Below the pieces are notes generated by a model. That model searched no databases and was not told the origin of the DNA. It worked only from the letters and a program-made list of their open reading frames with translations. Positions 1 through 7,770 of a DNA stretch of 38,686 bases are shown piece by piece. Source of the stretch: Eubacteriales bacterium (GTDB lineage: Bacteria; Bacillota; Clostridia; Oscillospirales; CAG-272); the NCBI GenBank assembly GCA_045633665.1, contig JAZQYT010000012.1, positions 1 to 38,686 on the forward strand, given 5' to 3'. The position numbers were made by a program, and so were the translations under genes. Every line of letters begins with the position of its first letter. Position 1 is the stretch's first letter.

Positions 1-2
1 AA

Positions 3-1634
3 TCAATCCTTCTTCTTTGCTGCAAAGGCCATGCCCAAAACAGCTACAAGCACCGCGATGGGAGCTGCTACGACGCTGCCGCAGCCGCCGGACTTTTCAG
101 CCTCGGTGCTCACTTCCTCAGATCCTGCAGGCGCTTGGGTATTCTCTTCGGTAGTCGCCTGGGTTTCGGGGGCTGACGTGACAGGCTCGGTGGTCTCGGG
201 CGCAGCGGTGTCGGGATCCCAGTCGTTCTGATATTCCTCGATATCCCAAGGATCCTCGTGGTAGAACTTGATCCACGCAATATCCATCGCCTCGCCTGCG
301 GTGCCTGTCCCCTCAACAAACGGCACGATGCCCAGAGAAACGATCCAGTCCTGCCAATGCGTTTCCCCTGCCATATCCATATACAGATAATGCCATTGAC
401 CGTCCGCTACGATCTGCGCGTAAGCGGCCTCGCCAAGATCGTATTCCTTGAGCGAGGTGGACTTGTAGATCAGTCCCAGATCTGCGGCCTTTGCGCTGGA
501 GGTACGGTACTTGATGATCGCATAGGTGGTTGCGCTGCTGACCATTCTGGGGTATACGGAGCTGTACACGTATGCTTGGTCCCCCGTTGCGGTGATTCTC
601 ATGAAGGTCTGATCACCCTCGGTAACCTTTTCAATGGTAGCATTGTTGCCATCGAATGCCTCGATCGCATCGTCCTTTGCAAAGTTTGCAAAATCGCGCA
701 GGTCGTATTCCTTATCGATCTCGCTGATCTCCTCACGCTCGGTGATCGGAACGTCTACGTCGTCGGGCAGGCCGTCAAAGGTCACGGTTGCAAAATACTC
801 GGAGAATTTATTGGACTTGGTGCCGCCGATACCGTGGCAGAAGGATACCTGCTTGCATCTGGTGTTGTCACCGTCGCCTCCCACGCTGAGCAGCCAGCAA
901 AGCTTAGCCTGATCACCGTTCTTAACGGGCGCGTCAAGATCCATTGCGACCTGGATATTGATTCTGAACTCGATCGTCAGTCTTTGTGCGGTTGCATCGT
1001 ACTGACCTGCAACGTCGCTGTCACCCTTAGGGGTATAGTCTGCAGGGCCGGTCCACTTGTGGGCCAGTCCGGAGTTATCCTCGGGGTAAATACCAAAGCC
1101 AAGCTCGGTGTAATCTCTGCCGGAGCATTCTGCCTGGCCAAGACCTACCTGAACAGAGGTGCAGGCATACAGATACGCAGTACCACCGCTCTTGCCAATG
1201 GGATCGCAGAAATAGCCGTCCACGCAGTCCATATCAAACGCCATATACAGATACTGGCCGTCCCAGCCCCAGTAAGCGTCAAAGAAGCCGTCCTTGGTTG
1301 CAGCCAGGAATGCCTCAAATTCCTCGGGGGTGTTCTTGCCGCCGTTGATACGCATCGCGTAGAACAGATAGTCCTCAAAGTTTTCGAATCTTTCGTACTC
1401 ACCAACGCTGATTTTGCCGTCCATTTCGGGAGTCAGGCGCAGATAAGGAACCGTCCACTTGGTGGTAGCGATGCCCGCGTCGTAGTCGTAGATCTCGTCT
1501 GCCTTTTCGGCTTCAAGCTCATAGTAATCGGTGGTTCTGTCGGTCAGATAATCGTACTCTGCCGCAGAAACTGTCAATGCCAGAGCGGACAGCAGCAACG
1601 CAGTCAGAACCAGCAAGGAAAGAGTCTTTTTCAT
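3..1634 (-). CDS. Secreted, C-terminally membrane-anchored surface protein (543 aa), function unknown; possibly a CBM9/DOMON-like sugar-binding fold
   Basis: Complete ORF (ATG 1632-1634, TGA 3-5). Sec signal MKKTLSLLVLTALLLSALALTVSA/AEY. Thr/Glu/Pro-rich linker (TAAPETTEPVTSAPETQATTEENTQAP), then one C-terminal TM helix plus KKKD. AGAGG RBS 9 nt upstream of the ATG. The segment DAYWGWDGQYLYMAFDMDCVDG resembles CBM9-type motifs from memory only. Confidence 0.8.
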   Translation of the reverse strand: MKKTLSLLVLTALLLSALALTVSAAEYDYLTDRTTDYYELEAEKADEIYDYDAGIATTKWTVPYLRLTPEMDGKISVGEYERFENFEDYLFYAMRINGGKNTPEEFEAFLAATKDGFFDAYWGWDGQYLYMAFDMDCVDGYFCDPIGKSGGTAYLYACTSVQVGLGQAECSGRDYTELGFGIYPEDNSGLAHKWTGPADYTPKGDSDVAGQYDATAQRLTIEFRINIQVAMDLDAPVKNGDQAKLCWLLSVGGDGDNTRCKQVSFCHGIGGTKSNKFSEYFATVTFDGLPDDVDVPITEREEISEIDKEYDLRDFANFAKDDAIEAFDGNNATIEKVTEGDQTFMRITATGDQAYVYSSVYPRMVSSATTYAIIKYRTSSAKAADLGLIYKSTSLKEYDLGEAAYAQIVADGQWHYLYMDMAGETHWQDWIVSLGIVPFVEGTGTAGEAMDIAWIKFYHEDPWDIEEYQNDWDPDTAAPETTEPVTSAPETQATTEENTQAPAGSEEVSTEAEKSGGCGSVVAAPIAVLVAVLGMAFAAKKKD

Positions 1635-1679
1635 ATCGTCTTACCTCTTCTTTTATATTCGGATCTCTCCGTCCTAACT

Positions 1680-1708
1680 ATTATACCTAAACCACTTACC
1701 ATTGTCAA
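1680..1708 (-). promoter_or_regulatory. SigA-type promoter for the 3..1634 gene: TTGACA-17 nt-TATAAT (exact consensus)
   Basis: The plus strand reads tgtcaa at 1703-1708 and attata at 1680-1685, with a spacer of exactly 17 nt. It lies about 45 nt upstream of the ATG. Confidence 0.7.
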
Positions 1709-1772
1709 TGTTAGCAGTCTATTTTCGGCACAATAGCCAATTTCTCCGGCCAAATTTCGCCACTCTGCCAAA

Positions 1773-1801
1773 TACAAAAATAGCGCGGTTTGTGATATAA
1801 T
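1773..1801 (+). promoter_or_regulatory. Possible extended -10 promoter for the oxidoreductase gene (TGaTATAAT with a weak -35 TACAAA)
   Basis: tgatataat at 1793-1801. The -35 position (1773-1778) is a poor match. It is about 40 nt upstream of the ATG at 1841. Confidence 0.4.
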
Positions 1802-1840
1802 CAAAGTGAAACCAAAAAATACCCGAAAGGAACTACTGCT

Positions 1841-3136
1841 ATGAAAAAGATCAGGATCGGCGTACTGGGCGCATATCGCGGCACCAGTATGATCAACTAT
1901 TGCAAGAGAGCTGACCACGCAGAGGTGGTCGCCATTTGCGACAAAAGCCCCGAGGCGCTGGACGCGCAGCGTCAGTATACCCAAGGGCTGAATATCACGT
2001 TCTACGATCATTTCGACGACTTTATCAACCACGACATGGACGCCGTTGTGCTTGCCAACTATGCCAACGAGCATGCCCCTTTTGCTATCCGCTGCCTGCG
2101 TAAGGGGTTGCACGTTTTCTCCGAGGTGCTGCCTGTGCAGAACATGAAGGAAGCGGTGGAGCTGATCGAAGCGGTCGAGGAAACAGGCCTGGTTTATGCC
2201 TACGGTGAAAACTACTGCTACATGCCTGCCCCCTACGAAATGAAAAAGCTTTATGAGGCGGGCGAGATCGGTGAATTCGAGTACGGTGAGGGCGAATACA
2301 TTCACAACTGCGAATCCATCTGGCCCAGCATTGCCTACGGAGAGGCAGATCATTGGCGCAACAACGGGTACGCAACCTTTTATTGCACGCATTCGCTCGG
2401 CCCCATCATTCACGCCACCGGCCTGCGCCCCGTTTCGGTGGTCGGCTTTGAGGGGACGAAAAACGAGCGCAGACTGCGCACGGGCTGCAAGAGCGGTCAG
2501 TTCGGCATTGAAATGGTGACCTTGGAGAACGGCGGCATTGTCAAGTCAATCCACGGTGACCTTTATAAAAACTCGATCTGGTACACCATGTACGGCTCCA
2601 AGGGCAGAATGGAATGCGGCCGCGAGGATGCACGCAACGGTCACATCGGGCGCATCTACGTCAACGTGGACGAGGAGGACGGTGCATACGACCGCGAGAT
2701 CTTTAAGGACTACTACCCCTCCCACGGCATGGAGGATCGCGTGGCAGGCTTTGGCCACGGCGGCTCGGACTTTTATTCCATGTACCATTTCATCAACAAG
2801 ATCAACGGGGACGAGAGTGCCGACACCATCGACATTTACGAAGCGCTGGACATGTTCCTGCCCGGACTTTTTGCTTACCGTTCCATCCTTGCGGGCGGCG
2901 TGAGCGTGGAAATCCCCGACCTGCGCGACAAATCCATCCGCGAAGCATGGCGCAATGATACGGCTTGCACCGATCCCAAGGCGGCGGGCGACCAGCTGCT
3001 GCCCAACTTCTCCAAGGGAACGCCCGAGATCCCTCAAAGCGTTTACGACCGTCAGGCGCAGCTGTGGGCCGAGGAATGCCAAAAGACCGAAGGCACGTAC
3101 AGGCAAGCGGCACTGACACAGGGCAGCGAGCAGTAA
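1841..3136 (+). CDS. Gfo/Idh/MocA-family NAD(P)-dependent oxidoreductase (431 aa)
   Basis: The N-terminal Rossmann start MKKIRIGVLGAYRGTSMINYCKRADHAEVVAICDKSPEAL is typical of the family. Further family features are ...VVLANYANEHAPFAIRCLRKGLHVFSEVLP and a C-terminal alpha/beta domain. AAAGGAA RBS. Confidence 0.85.
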   Translation: MKKIRIGVLGAYRGTSMINYCKRADHAEVVAICDKSPEALDAQRQYTQGLNITFYDHFDDFINHDMDAVVLANYANEHAPFAIRCLRKGLHVFSEVLPVQNMKEAVELIEAVEETGLVYAYGENYCYMPAPYEMKKLYEAGEIGEFEYGEGEYIHNCESIWPSIAYGEADHWRNNGYATFYCTHSLGPIIHATGLRPVSVVGFEGTKNERRLRTGCKSGQFGIEMVTLENGGIVKSIHGDLYKNSIWYTMYGSKGRMECGREDARNGHIGRIYVNVDEEDGAYDREIFKDYYPSHGMEDRVAGFGHGGSDFYSMYHFINKINGDESADTIDIYEALDMFLPGLFAYRSILAGGVSVEIPDLRDKSIREAWRNDTACTDPKAAGDQLLPNFSKGTPEIPQSVYDRQAQLWAEECQKTEGTYRQAALTQGSEQ

Positions 3137-3196
3137 TTGCTGCGAAACAAAAAAGCCAGCTCAATGGGGCTGCGGAAATAGCGGATCAATAATCAC

Positions 3197-3227
3197 GGGG
3201 TTGCCTTACCAAGGCAGCCCTGTTTTC
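3197..3227 (+). terminator. Rho-independent terminator of the oxidoreductase gene
   Basis: GGGTTGCCTT-acc-AAGGCAGCCC forms a 10-bp stem with one G-U pair (3198-3220), followed by TGTTTTC. Confidence 0.75.
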
Positions 3228-3334
3228 AAACGTATAAATATTCAGTTGCCGCTGGGCAGACGACCAATGGTCGCCCCTACGTTGGCAAGAGAAACAATAA
3301 TGAAACGGTTTCCTCGCGTAATCAAACAACGATC

Positions 3335-3438
3335 GCAGGGGACGGCGCCCTCGACGTCCCGCCCGGGTACAGAGTAACTCTTTGTGTCAGACAAGTTACT
3401 TTGCACCTGCGCGGGACGTCGAGGGCGCCGTCCCCTGC
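3335..3438. repeat. REP/MITE-like element: perfect 28-bp inverted repeat arms separated by 48 bp
   Basis: The left arm GCAGGGGACGGCGCCCTCGACGTCCCGC (3335-3362) is the exact reverse complement of 3411-3438. Each arm is itself a hairpin (GGGACG-N10-CGTCCC). The spacer holds a nested GTAAC-N16-GTTAC inverted repeat. A third copy of the arm is at 7538-7565. Confidence 0.85.
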
Positions 3439-3585
3439 AATAGGTGTCTTTATTATGCGAAAAAAGCGAATACCAATACGGCTCTTGCTACAATCCCCAT
3501 GCGGAATTCCCGCTATTTCCGCATCTTCCATTGCTCAACCTTTTTTATTTGCCATTCGCCTGCCCCACGGCATATTACGCGCTGA

Positions 3586-3626
3586 CAAAAAACAATAAGA
3601 GGTCAAGTCATCGACTTAACCTCTTG
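3586..3626 (-). terminator. Rho-independent terminator of rpsU
   Basis: The minus strand reads AAGAGGTTAAGTC-gatg-ACTTGACCTCTT followed by ATTGTTTTTTG, directly after the rpsU stop. Confidence 0.85.
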
Positions 3627-3636
3627 ATTGTTATAA

Positions 3637-3813
3637 TTACTTATACTTTCTCTTGCGCGCTGCTTCAGATTTCTTCTTGCGCTTTACGCTGGGCTTCTCG
3701 TAGCATTCTCTCTTACGGAGCTCGGCAAGAACGTTGGAGCGAGCCATCTGACGCTTAAAACGTCTCAGAGCGCTATCCAGGGTTTCGCCTTCCTTGAGTC
3801 TTACTTCTGCCAT
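3637..3813 (-). CDS. rpsU: 30S ribosomal protein S21 (58 aa; below the ORF-track cutoff, found by hand)
   Basis: My translation is [58 protein letters not shown], the classic S21 sequence. GGGGAGGGAA RBS. ATG at 3811-3813 and TAA at 3637-3639. Confidence 0.9.
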   Translation of the reverse strand: MAEVRLKEGETLDSALRRFKRQMARSNVLAELRKRECYEKPSVKRKKKSEAARKRKYK

Positions 3814-3880
3814 TATCTATTTCCCTCCCCTCGCGTCTGCCAAGAGTGAACTAAACATAACTTCCGTTATATCCTTTGGT

Positions 3881-3909
3881 ATTATACACCAAACATTACA
3901 GAATGTCAA
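3881..3909 (-). promoter_or_regulatory. SigA-type promoter of rpsU: TTGACA-17-TATAAT (exact consensus)
   Basis: The plus strand reads tgtcaa at 3904-3909 and attata at 3881-3886, with a 17-nt spacer. It sits immediately downstream of the leuS stop. Confidence 0.75.
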
Positions 3910-3935
3910 GTGTTTGTGCAAAAGTTTTTAAATTT

Positions 3936-6371
3936 TTATCTGACCACGATATTGACGATCTTACCGGGTACGGAGATCTCCTTGACAATCGTCTTGCCCT
4001 CGATCTGCTCTGCGATCTTGGGATCGGCCTTTGCAGCGGCAATCGCGTCCTCCTTGGAGCAGCCTACAGGCAGCATAACGGTGGCACGAACCTTGCCGTT
4101 GATCTGTACTGCAACCTCTACGGAATCGTCCACGGTCTTGCTCTCGTCAAAGGTGGGCCAAGGCTCGTATGCAATGGTATTGTCATGTCCCATGATCTGC
4201 CAGATCTCCTCGCCGATGTGCGGGCAGATGCAGGACAGCATCTTGATCAGTCCCTCCGCATACTCGCGGGAGCACTTGCCTTCCTTATACACGGCATTGA
4301 CAAAGATCATCATCTGCGAGATGGCGGTATTGAACGCCAGCTTTTCAAAGTCCTCGGTGATCTTCTTGACGCTCTTGTGGTAGATCTTTTCGAGTGCGGG
4401 TACGGCCTCGTCCACGATATTCTCTTCTTCGGTAAAGAACGCCCATACGCGGTTGAGGAATCTGCGTGCGCCGTCCACGCCAGCGTCACTCCAGGGCTTG
4501 GAAACCTCCAGAGGGCCCATGAACATCTCGTACAGACGCAGGGTGTCCGCGCCGTACTCTCTGACAACGTCGCTGGGATTGACCACGTATTCGGGGACAC
4601 GCTTGGCCATCGTGATGCCGTTCGCACCCAGGATCATGCCTTGGTGTACAAGCTTTTGGAAGGGCTCCTTAGTGGGAGCAAGTCCCTTATCGTACAGGTA
4701 TCTGTTCCAGATTCTGGAATACATCAGGTGACCGACAGCATGCTCGGGGCCGCCGATATACAGGTCAACCGGCATCCAGTGCTTTAAGAGCTCCTGATTT
4801 GCAAATTCATCATTGTTATGAGGATCGATATAGCGCAGGAAGTACCAGCTCGAGCCTGCAGATCCCGGCATGGTAGAGGTCTCTCTCTTACCCTTGATGC
4901 CGTTCTTGTCGTACTGCTTCCACTCGGTTGCGTTCTCCAAAGGTGCTTTACCGCCCTCACCCTTGTAGTTTGCAAGCTCGGGCAGAATCAGCGGCAGCTC
5001 CTCATCGGGCAGCACGTGTACCTCGCCGTCCTCGCCGTGTACTACGGGAACAGGCTCGCCCCAGTAACGCTGACGTGCAAAGATCCACTCTCTGAAGTGG
5101 TAATTGACCGTTTTCTTGGCAACGCCCATGCCCTCCAGCTTGGCAGTAATGGCCTCCTTGGCCTCTTCTACGGTCAAGCCGGAAAATTCCTCGGAGCTTA
5201 CAAGGCGATAGCCCTTGCCCAGGTAATCCTGCTTTTCAAACGCCTTTTCGGACACGTCCACGTGGCCAAGCTTGTCGTCGCCGTCGATGACCTGGATCAT
5301 ATCGATATTGTGCGCGATCGCGTACTCAAAGTCACGCTGGTCGTGCGAAGGAACAGCCATAACTGCGCCCGTGCCATAGTTTGCCAGCACGAAATCACCG
5401 ATAAACATGCGCACTTCCTTGCCGTTGACGGGGTTGATGCAGCTCACGCCCTTGAGCTCACAGCCCGACTTGGTCTTGTTGAGCTCGGTACGGTCCATAT
5501 CGTTCTTCTTGAGCGTTTCGTCGATATAAGCCTGTACCTCTTCCCTGTTCTGCACTCTGTCAAGCAGACTCTTGGTCACCTCGCCATCGGGAGCCAGCAC
5601 CATGAAGGTAATGCCGTAGATGGTTTCGATGCAGGTGGTGAAGATCGAGAACTCACCACCGCCCACGATTTGGAACTTGACTTCCACACCGGTGGACTTG
5701 CCGATCCAGTTCTTCTGCATCAGCTTGGTGGATTCGGGCCAATCGATCTCGTCAAGCCCCTCCAGCAGCTTTTCCGCAAATGCGGGCTGGTTGATTACCC
5801 ACTGCTTCATATTCTTTCTGACTACGGGATAGCCGCCGCGCTCGGACTTGCCATCGATGACCTCATCGTTGGAAAGCACGGTACCCAGCTCCTCGCACCA
5901 GTTGACAGGCATGTCAATATACTGCGCATAGCCGTCCAGGTACAGCTGCTTGAAGATCCACTGCGTCCACTTGTAGAACTCGGGATCACTTGTCGCGATC
6001 ATCTTGGACCAGTCGTAGTCAAAGCCCAGCTCGCGCAGCTGATTTGAGAAGGTCTTGATATTTTCCTGGGTAAAGCCGTTGGGGTGGTTGCCCGTGGTGA
6101 CCGCATACTGCTCTGCAGGCAGACCGAACGAGTCATAGCCCATGGGGTGCAGCACGTTATAGCCCTGCATTCTCTTCATTCTCGAAATAATATCGGTCGC
6201 GGTATAGCCCTCGGGGTGACCTGCGTGCAAGCCCACGCCCGACGGATACGGGAACATATCCAGCGCATAAAATTTAGGCTTGGAAAAATCCCAGACGTCA
6301 GTCTTGAAGGTCTGGTTCTTCTCCCAATATTCCTGCCACTTTTTTTCAACTTGTAAATGCTCGTACTTCAT
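3936..6371 (-). CDS. leuS: Leucine--tRNA ligase (811 aa)
   Basis: Full-length bacterial LeuS architecture. HIGH motif (PYPSGVGLHAGHPEGY). CP1 editing domain (GTGAVMAVPSHDQRDFEYA). C-terminal ...GADTLRLYEMFMGPLEVSKPW... The KMSKS position reads TMAKR (see findings). Confidence 0.97.
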   Translation of the reverse strand: MKYEHLQVEKKWQEYWEKNQTFKTDVWDFSKPKFYALDMFPYPSGVGLHAGHPEGYTATDIISRMKRMQGYNVLHPMGYDSFGLPAEQYAVTTGNHPNGFTQENIKTFSNQLRELGFDYDWSKMIATSDPEFYKWTQWIFKQLYLDGYAQYIDMPVNWCEELGTVLSNDEVIDGKSERGGYPVVRKNMKQWVINQPAFAEKLLEGLDEIDWPESTKLMQKNWIGKSTGVEVKFQIVGGGEFSIFTTCIETIYGITFMVLAPDGEVTKSLLDRVQNREEVQAYIDETLKKNDMDRTELNKTKSGCELKGVSCINPVNGKEVRMFIGDFVLANYGTGAVMAVPSHDQRDFEYAIAHNIDMIQVIDGDDKLGHVDVSEKAFEKQDYLGKGYRLVSSEEFSGLTVEEAKEAITAKLEGMGVAKKTVNYHFREWIFARQRYWGEPVPVVHGEDGEVHVLPDEELPLILPELANYKGEGGKAPLENATEWKQYDKNGIKGKRETSTMPGSAGSSWYFLRYIDPHNNDEFANQELLKHWMPVDLYIGGPEHAVGHLMYSRIWNRYLYDKGLAPTKEPFQKLVHQGMILGANGITMAKRVPEYVVNPSDVVREYGADTLRLYEMFMGPLEVSKPWSDAGVDGARRFLNRVWAFFTEEENIVDEAVPALEKIYHKSVKKITEDFEKLAFNTAISQMMIFVNAVYKEGKCSREYAEGLIKMLSCICPHIGEEIWQIMGHDNTIAYEPWPTFDESKTVDDSVEVAVQINGKVRATVMLPVGCSKEDAIAAAKADPKIAEQIEGKTIVKEISVPGKIVNIVVR

Positions 6372-6430
6372 GATTTATATTTTTCCTTTCTGCCGCCAAG
6401 GTGACGGTTAGACATAAAAACACTTCTATC

Positions 6431-6459
6431 ATTATATAATTTATTCCACCGTTTGTCAA
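6431..6459 (-). promoter_or_regulatory. SigA-type promoter of leuS: TTGACA-17-TATAAT (exact consensus)
   Basis: The plus strand reads tgtcaa at 6454-6459 and attata at 6431-6436, with a 17-nt spacer. That leaves only about 55-60 nt of leader before the ATG at 6371. Confidence 0.75.
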
Positions 6460-6470
6460 TAGTTTTTGGG

Positions 6471-6508
6471 GAAAAACACGCCCCCGTTCCGCATGCGGAA
6501 CGGGGGGC
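6471..6508 (-). terminator. Rho-independent terminator of the AT-rich 6516..7262 gene
   Basis: Perfect 26-nt palindrome CCCCCGTTCCGCA/TGCGGAACGGGGG (6481-6506), followed on the minus strand by CGTGTTTTTCCCC. Confidence 0.85.
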
Positions 6509-6515
6509 CTGAACC

Positions 6516-7262
6516 TTATTTTTTCTTTTTTTGTGCTTTTTTCTTGGCTTTTTCAGCTTTCTTTCTTTTATTGATTCTGTCGTTGATTCCTTTTTTGCTT
6601 TTACCTTGATTGGGATCTTCGATTTCGGGAGGTTGATATGCCACTTCCAGTTTTTGGTGTTTCAAATCTACAACATCAAATTTTATTCCCAACGCTCTGA
6701 CTTTTGGTCCTAAATTGTTAAGAGGTGTTATTCCCACCAGAGATTCTTCCATTTTGAACATATAATCCCTGCCATCTTTCAGCACCAAATGCAGCATATC
6801 ACAAGAACTGAATCGGACAATGTCCCATTTTGCTTCAACAAAAGAATACTTTGATAACGCAACATCTATGTCATCATACAGTATTTCTTCTTTGCCGAGC
6901 AAAAAATGATGGTATACAAATCTATCCTCTGTAATCTCAATGCTGTAATGACTCCACAACCATTGCACCGATATGCTGATGAATATGTAAATCAATATAA
7001 AAATCCAAAAGAAGAATTGTGAATTCGCATATTGGGGATCAAATCCATCATGGGTTTGCTTAACATATACTACCATTGTGAGAAAATATATGACGCATGC
7101 ACCGCTACCCCAGGCAAAGTAAAGGAAAAAGTTTACAACGTGGACAAGAGTTTTATTCTTTCTCTTAATCAATACGTATAAGGAGTATGCGGATAACAAA
7201 AGCATTACAATCAGTGATATGTCTGTGATTTTTAGCAGGGTATTATAAAGCTGTTCTGCCAT
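6516..7262 (-). CDS. Hypothetical multi-pass membrane protein with a soluble C-terminal domain and poly-Lys tail (248 aa); AT-rich, probably foreign
   Basis: About 4 predicted TM helices in residues 15-115. A soluble domain follows, then the tail NKRKKAEKAKKKAQKKKK. GGAGG RBS 5 nt upstream of the ATG. Sampled 60-nt lines give 28-38% GC, against about 57% in leuS. Confidence 0.8.
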   Translation of the reverse strand: MAEQLYNTLLKITDISLIVMLLLSAYSLYVLIKRKNKTLVHVVNFFLYFAWGSGACVIYFLTMVVYVKQTHDGFDPQYANSQFFFWIFILIYIFISISVQWLWSHYSIEITEDRFVYHHFLLGKEEILYDDIDVALSKYSFVEAKWDIVRFSSCDMLHLVLKDGRDYMFKMEESLVGITPLNNLGPKVRALGIKFDVVDLKHQKLEVAYQPPEIEDPNQGKSKKGINDRINKRKKAEKAKKKAQKKKK

Positions 7263-7278
7263 AGTTCCTCCAAGTTAA

Positions 7279-7307
7279 ATGTAACAGATGATGGTTCTCT
7301 GTTACAT
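7279..7307 (-). promoter_or_regulatory. Perfect 10-bp inverted repeat (ATGTAACAGA-N9-TCTGTTACAT) just upstream of the RBS of the AT-rich gene; a leader hairpin or operator
   Basis: 7279-7288 is the reverse complement of 7298-7307. On the mRNA the structure ends 8 nt before the GGAGG. Confidence 0.5.
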
Positions 7308-7343
7308 GATTTTCCCTTATATTGTAAGGGTTTTATATATTGC

Positions 7344-7442
7344 GCGTAACGGGGGACAGGCCCTTGTTACACCGCATGATCGGTTTGTGTGTCGCGTTCT
7401 GTTTGCTCGCGGCGTAACAATGCTCCGTCCCCGGTTACACGC
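7344..7442. repeat. Imperfect inverted repeat of ~33-nt GC-rich arms, each containing GTAAC-N15-GTTAC and a GGGGAC core (REP-like)
   Basis: 7344-7375 (gcgtaacgggggacaggcccttgttacaccgc) is roughly 75% identical by eye to the reverse complement of 7409-7442 (gcggcgtaacaatgctccgtccccggttacacgc). Confidence 0.6.
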
Positions 7443-7537
7443 GATCCCCGTACACTTTGGTGAAATCTGATGCTTCTTGTTGAAAGCTTGGGACAAGCAA
7501 GCGTATAAGTGTAGGGACAGTTTTTCGTTGACCGTTT

Positions 7538-7565
7538 GCAGGGGACGGCGCCATCGACGTCCCGC
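7538..7565. repeat. Third copy (27/28 identical) of the 28-nt REP-like arm seen at 3335-3362
   Basis: GCAGGGGACGGCGCCaTCGACGTCCCGC, in the same orientation as the left arm at 3335. Confidence 0.85.
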
Positions 7566-7622
7566 AATTTGGTTCCATCCCCCTGTTACGTGCGCGGACA
7601 CATCACGCGGTTTTCTATAACC

Positions 7623-7651
7623 ATTATAGCACAGAGCTTGATGATTTTCAA
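7623..7651 (-). promoter_or_regulatory. Near-consensus extended -10 promoter: TTGAAA-17-TGcTATAAT
   Basis: The plus strand reads tttcaa at 7646-7651 and attata at 7623-7628, with a 17-nt spacer and a TG at -15/-14. It lies just downstream of the SBP terminator and points toward 6516..7262, implying a leader of about 350 nt. Confidence 0.55.
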
Positions 7652-7699
7652 TACCGAAAAAAGTTTGATGCATTTGTTCTTCACTTTTTGCTCTGCTGC

Positions 7700-7762
7700 A
7701 AAAAACACCGATCCATGCATGACGCTCCGTTTGAAGCATCACACCGTGGATCGGTGTTTTTT
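7700..7762 (-). terminator. Terminator of the solute-binding protein gene (long hairpin flanked by A- and T-runs)
   Basis: The minus strand reads AAAAAACACCGATCCA...TGGATCGGTGTTTTTT. The 31-nt interior can extend the stem with G-U pairs. Confidence 0.7.
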
Positions 7763-7770
7763 AGAGAAAA

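Noticed and set aside
3322-3758. Small overlapping ORFs (65-104 aa) cross the rpsU-proximal intergenic region and the REP-like hairpin.
   Set aside because: They run through the perfect inverted repeat, which gives mirror-image peptides such as DVEGAVP and GTSRAPSP. They lack RBSs and overlap the genuine rpsU gene and its terminator.
6372-6515. A T-box riboswitch upstream of leuS.
   Set aside because: The consensus promoter at 6431-6459 leaves only about 55-60 nt of leader. I found no specifier-loop or T-box (AANNNGGUGGNACCGCG-like) sequence.
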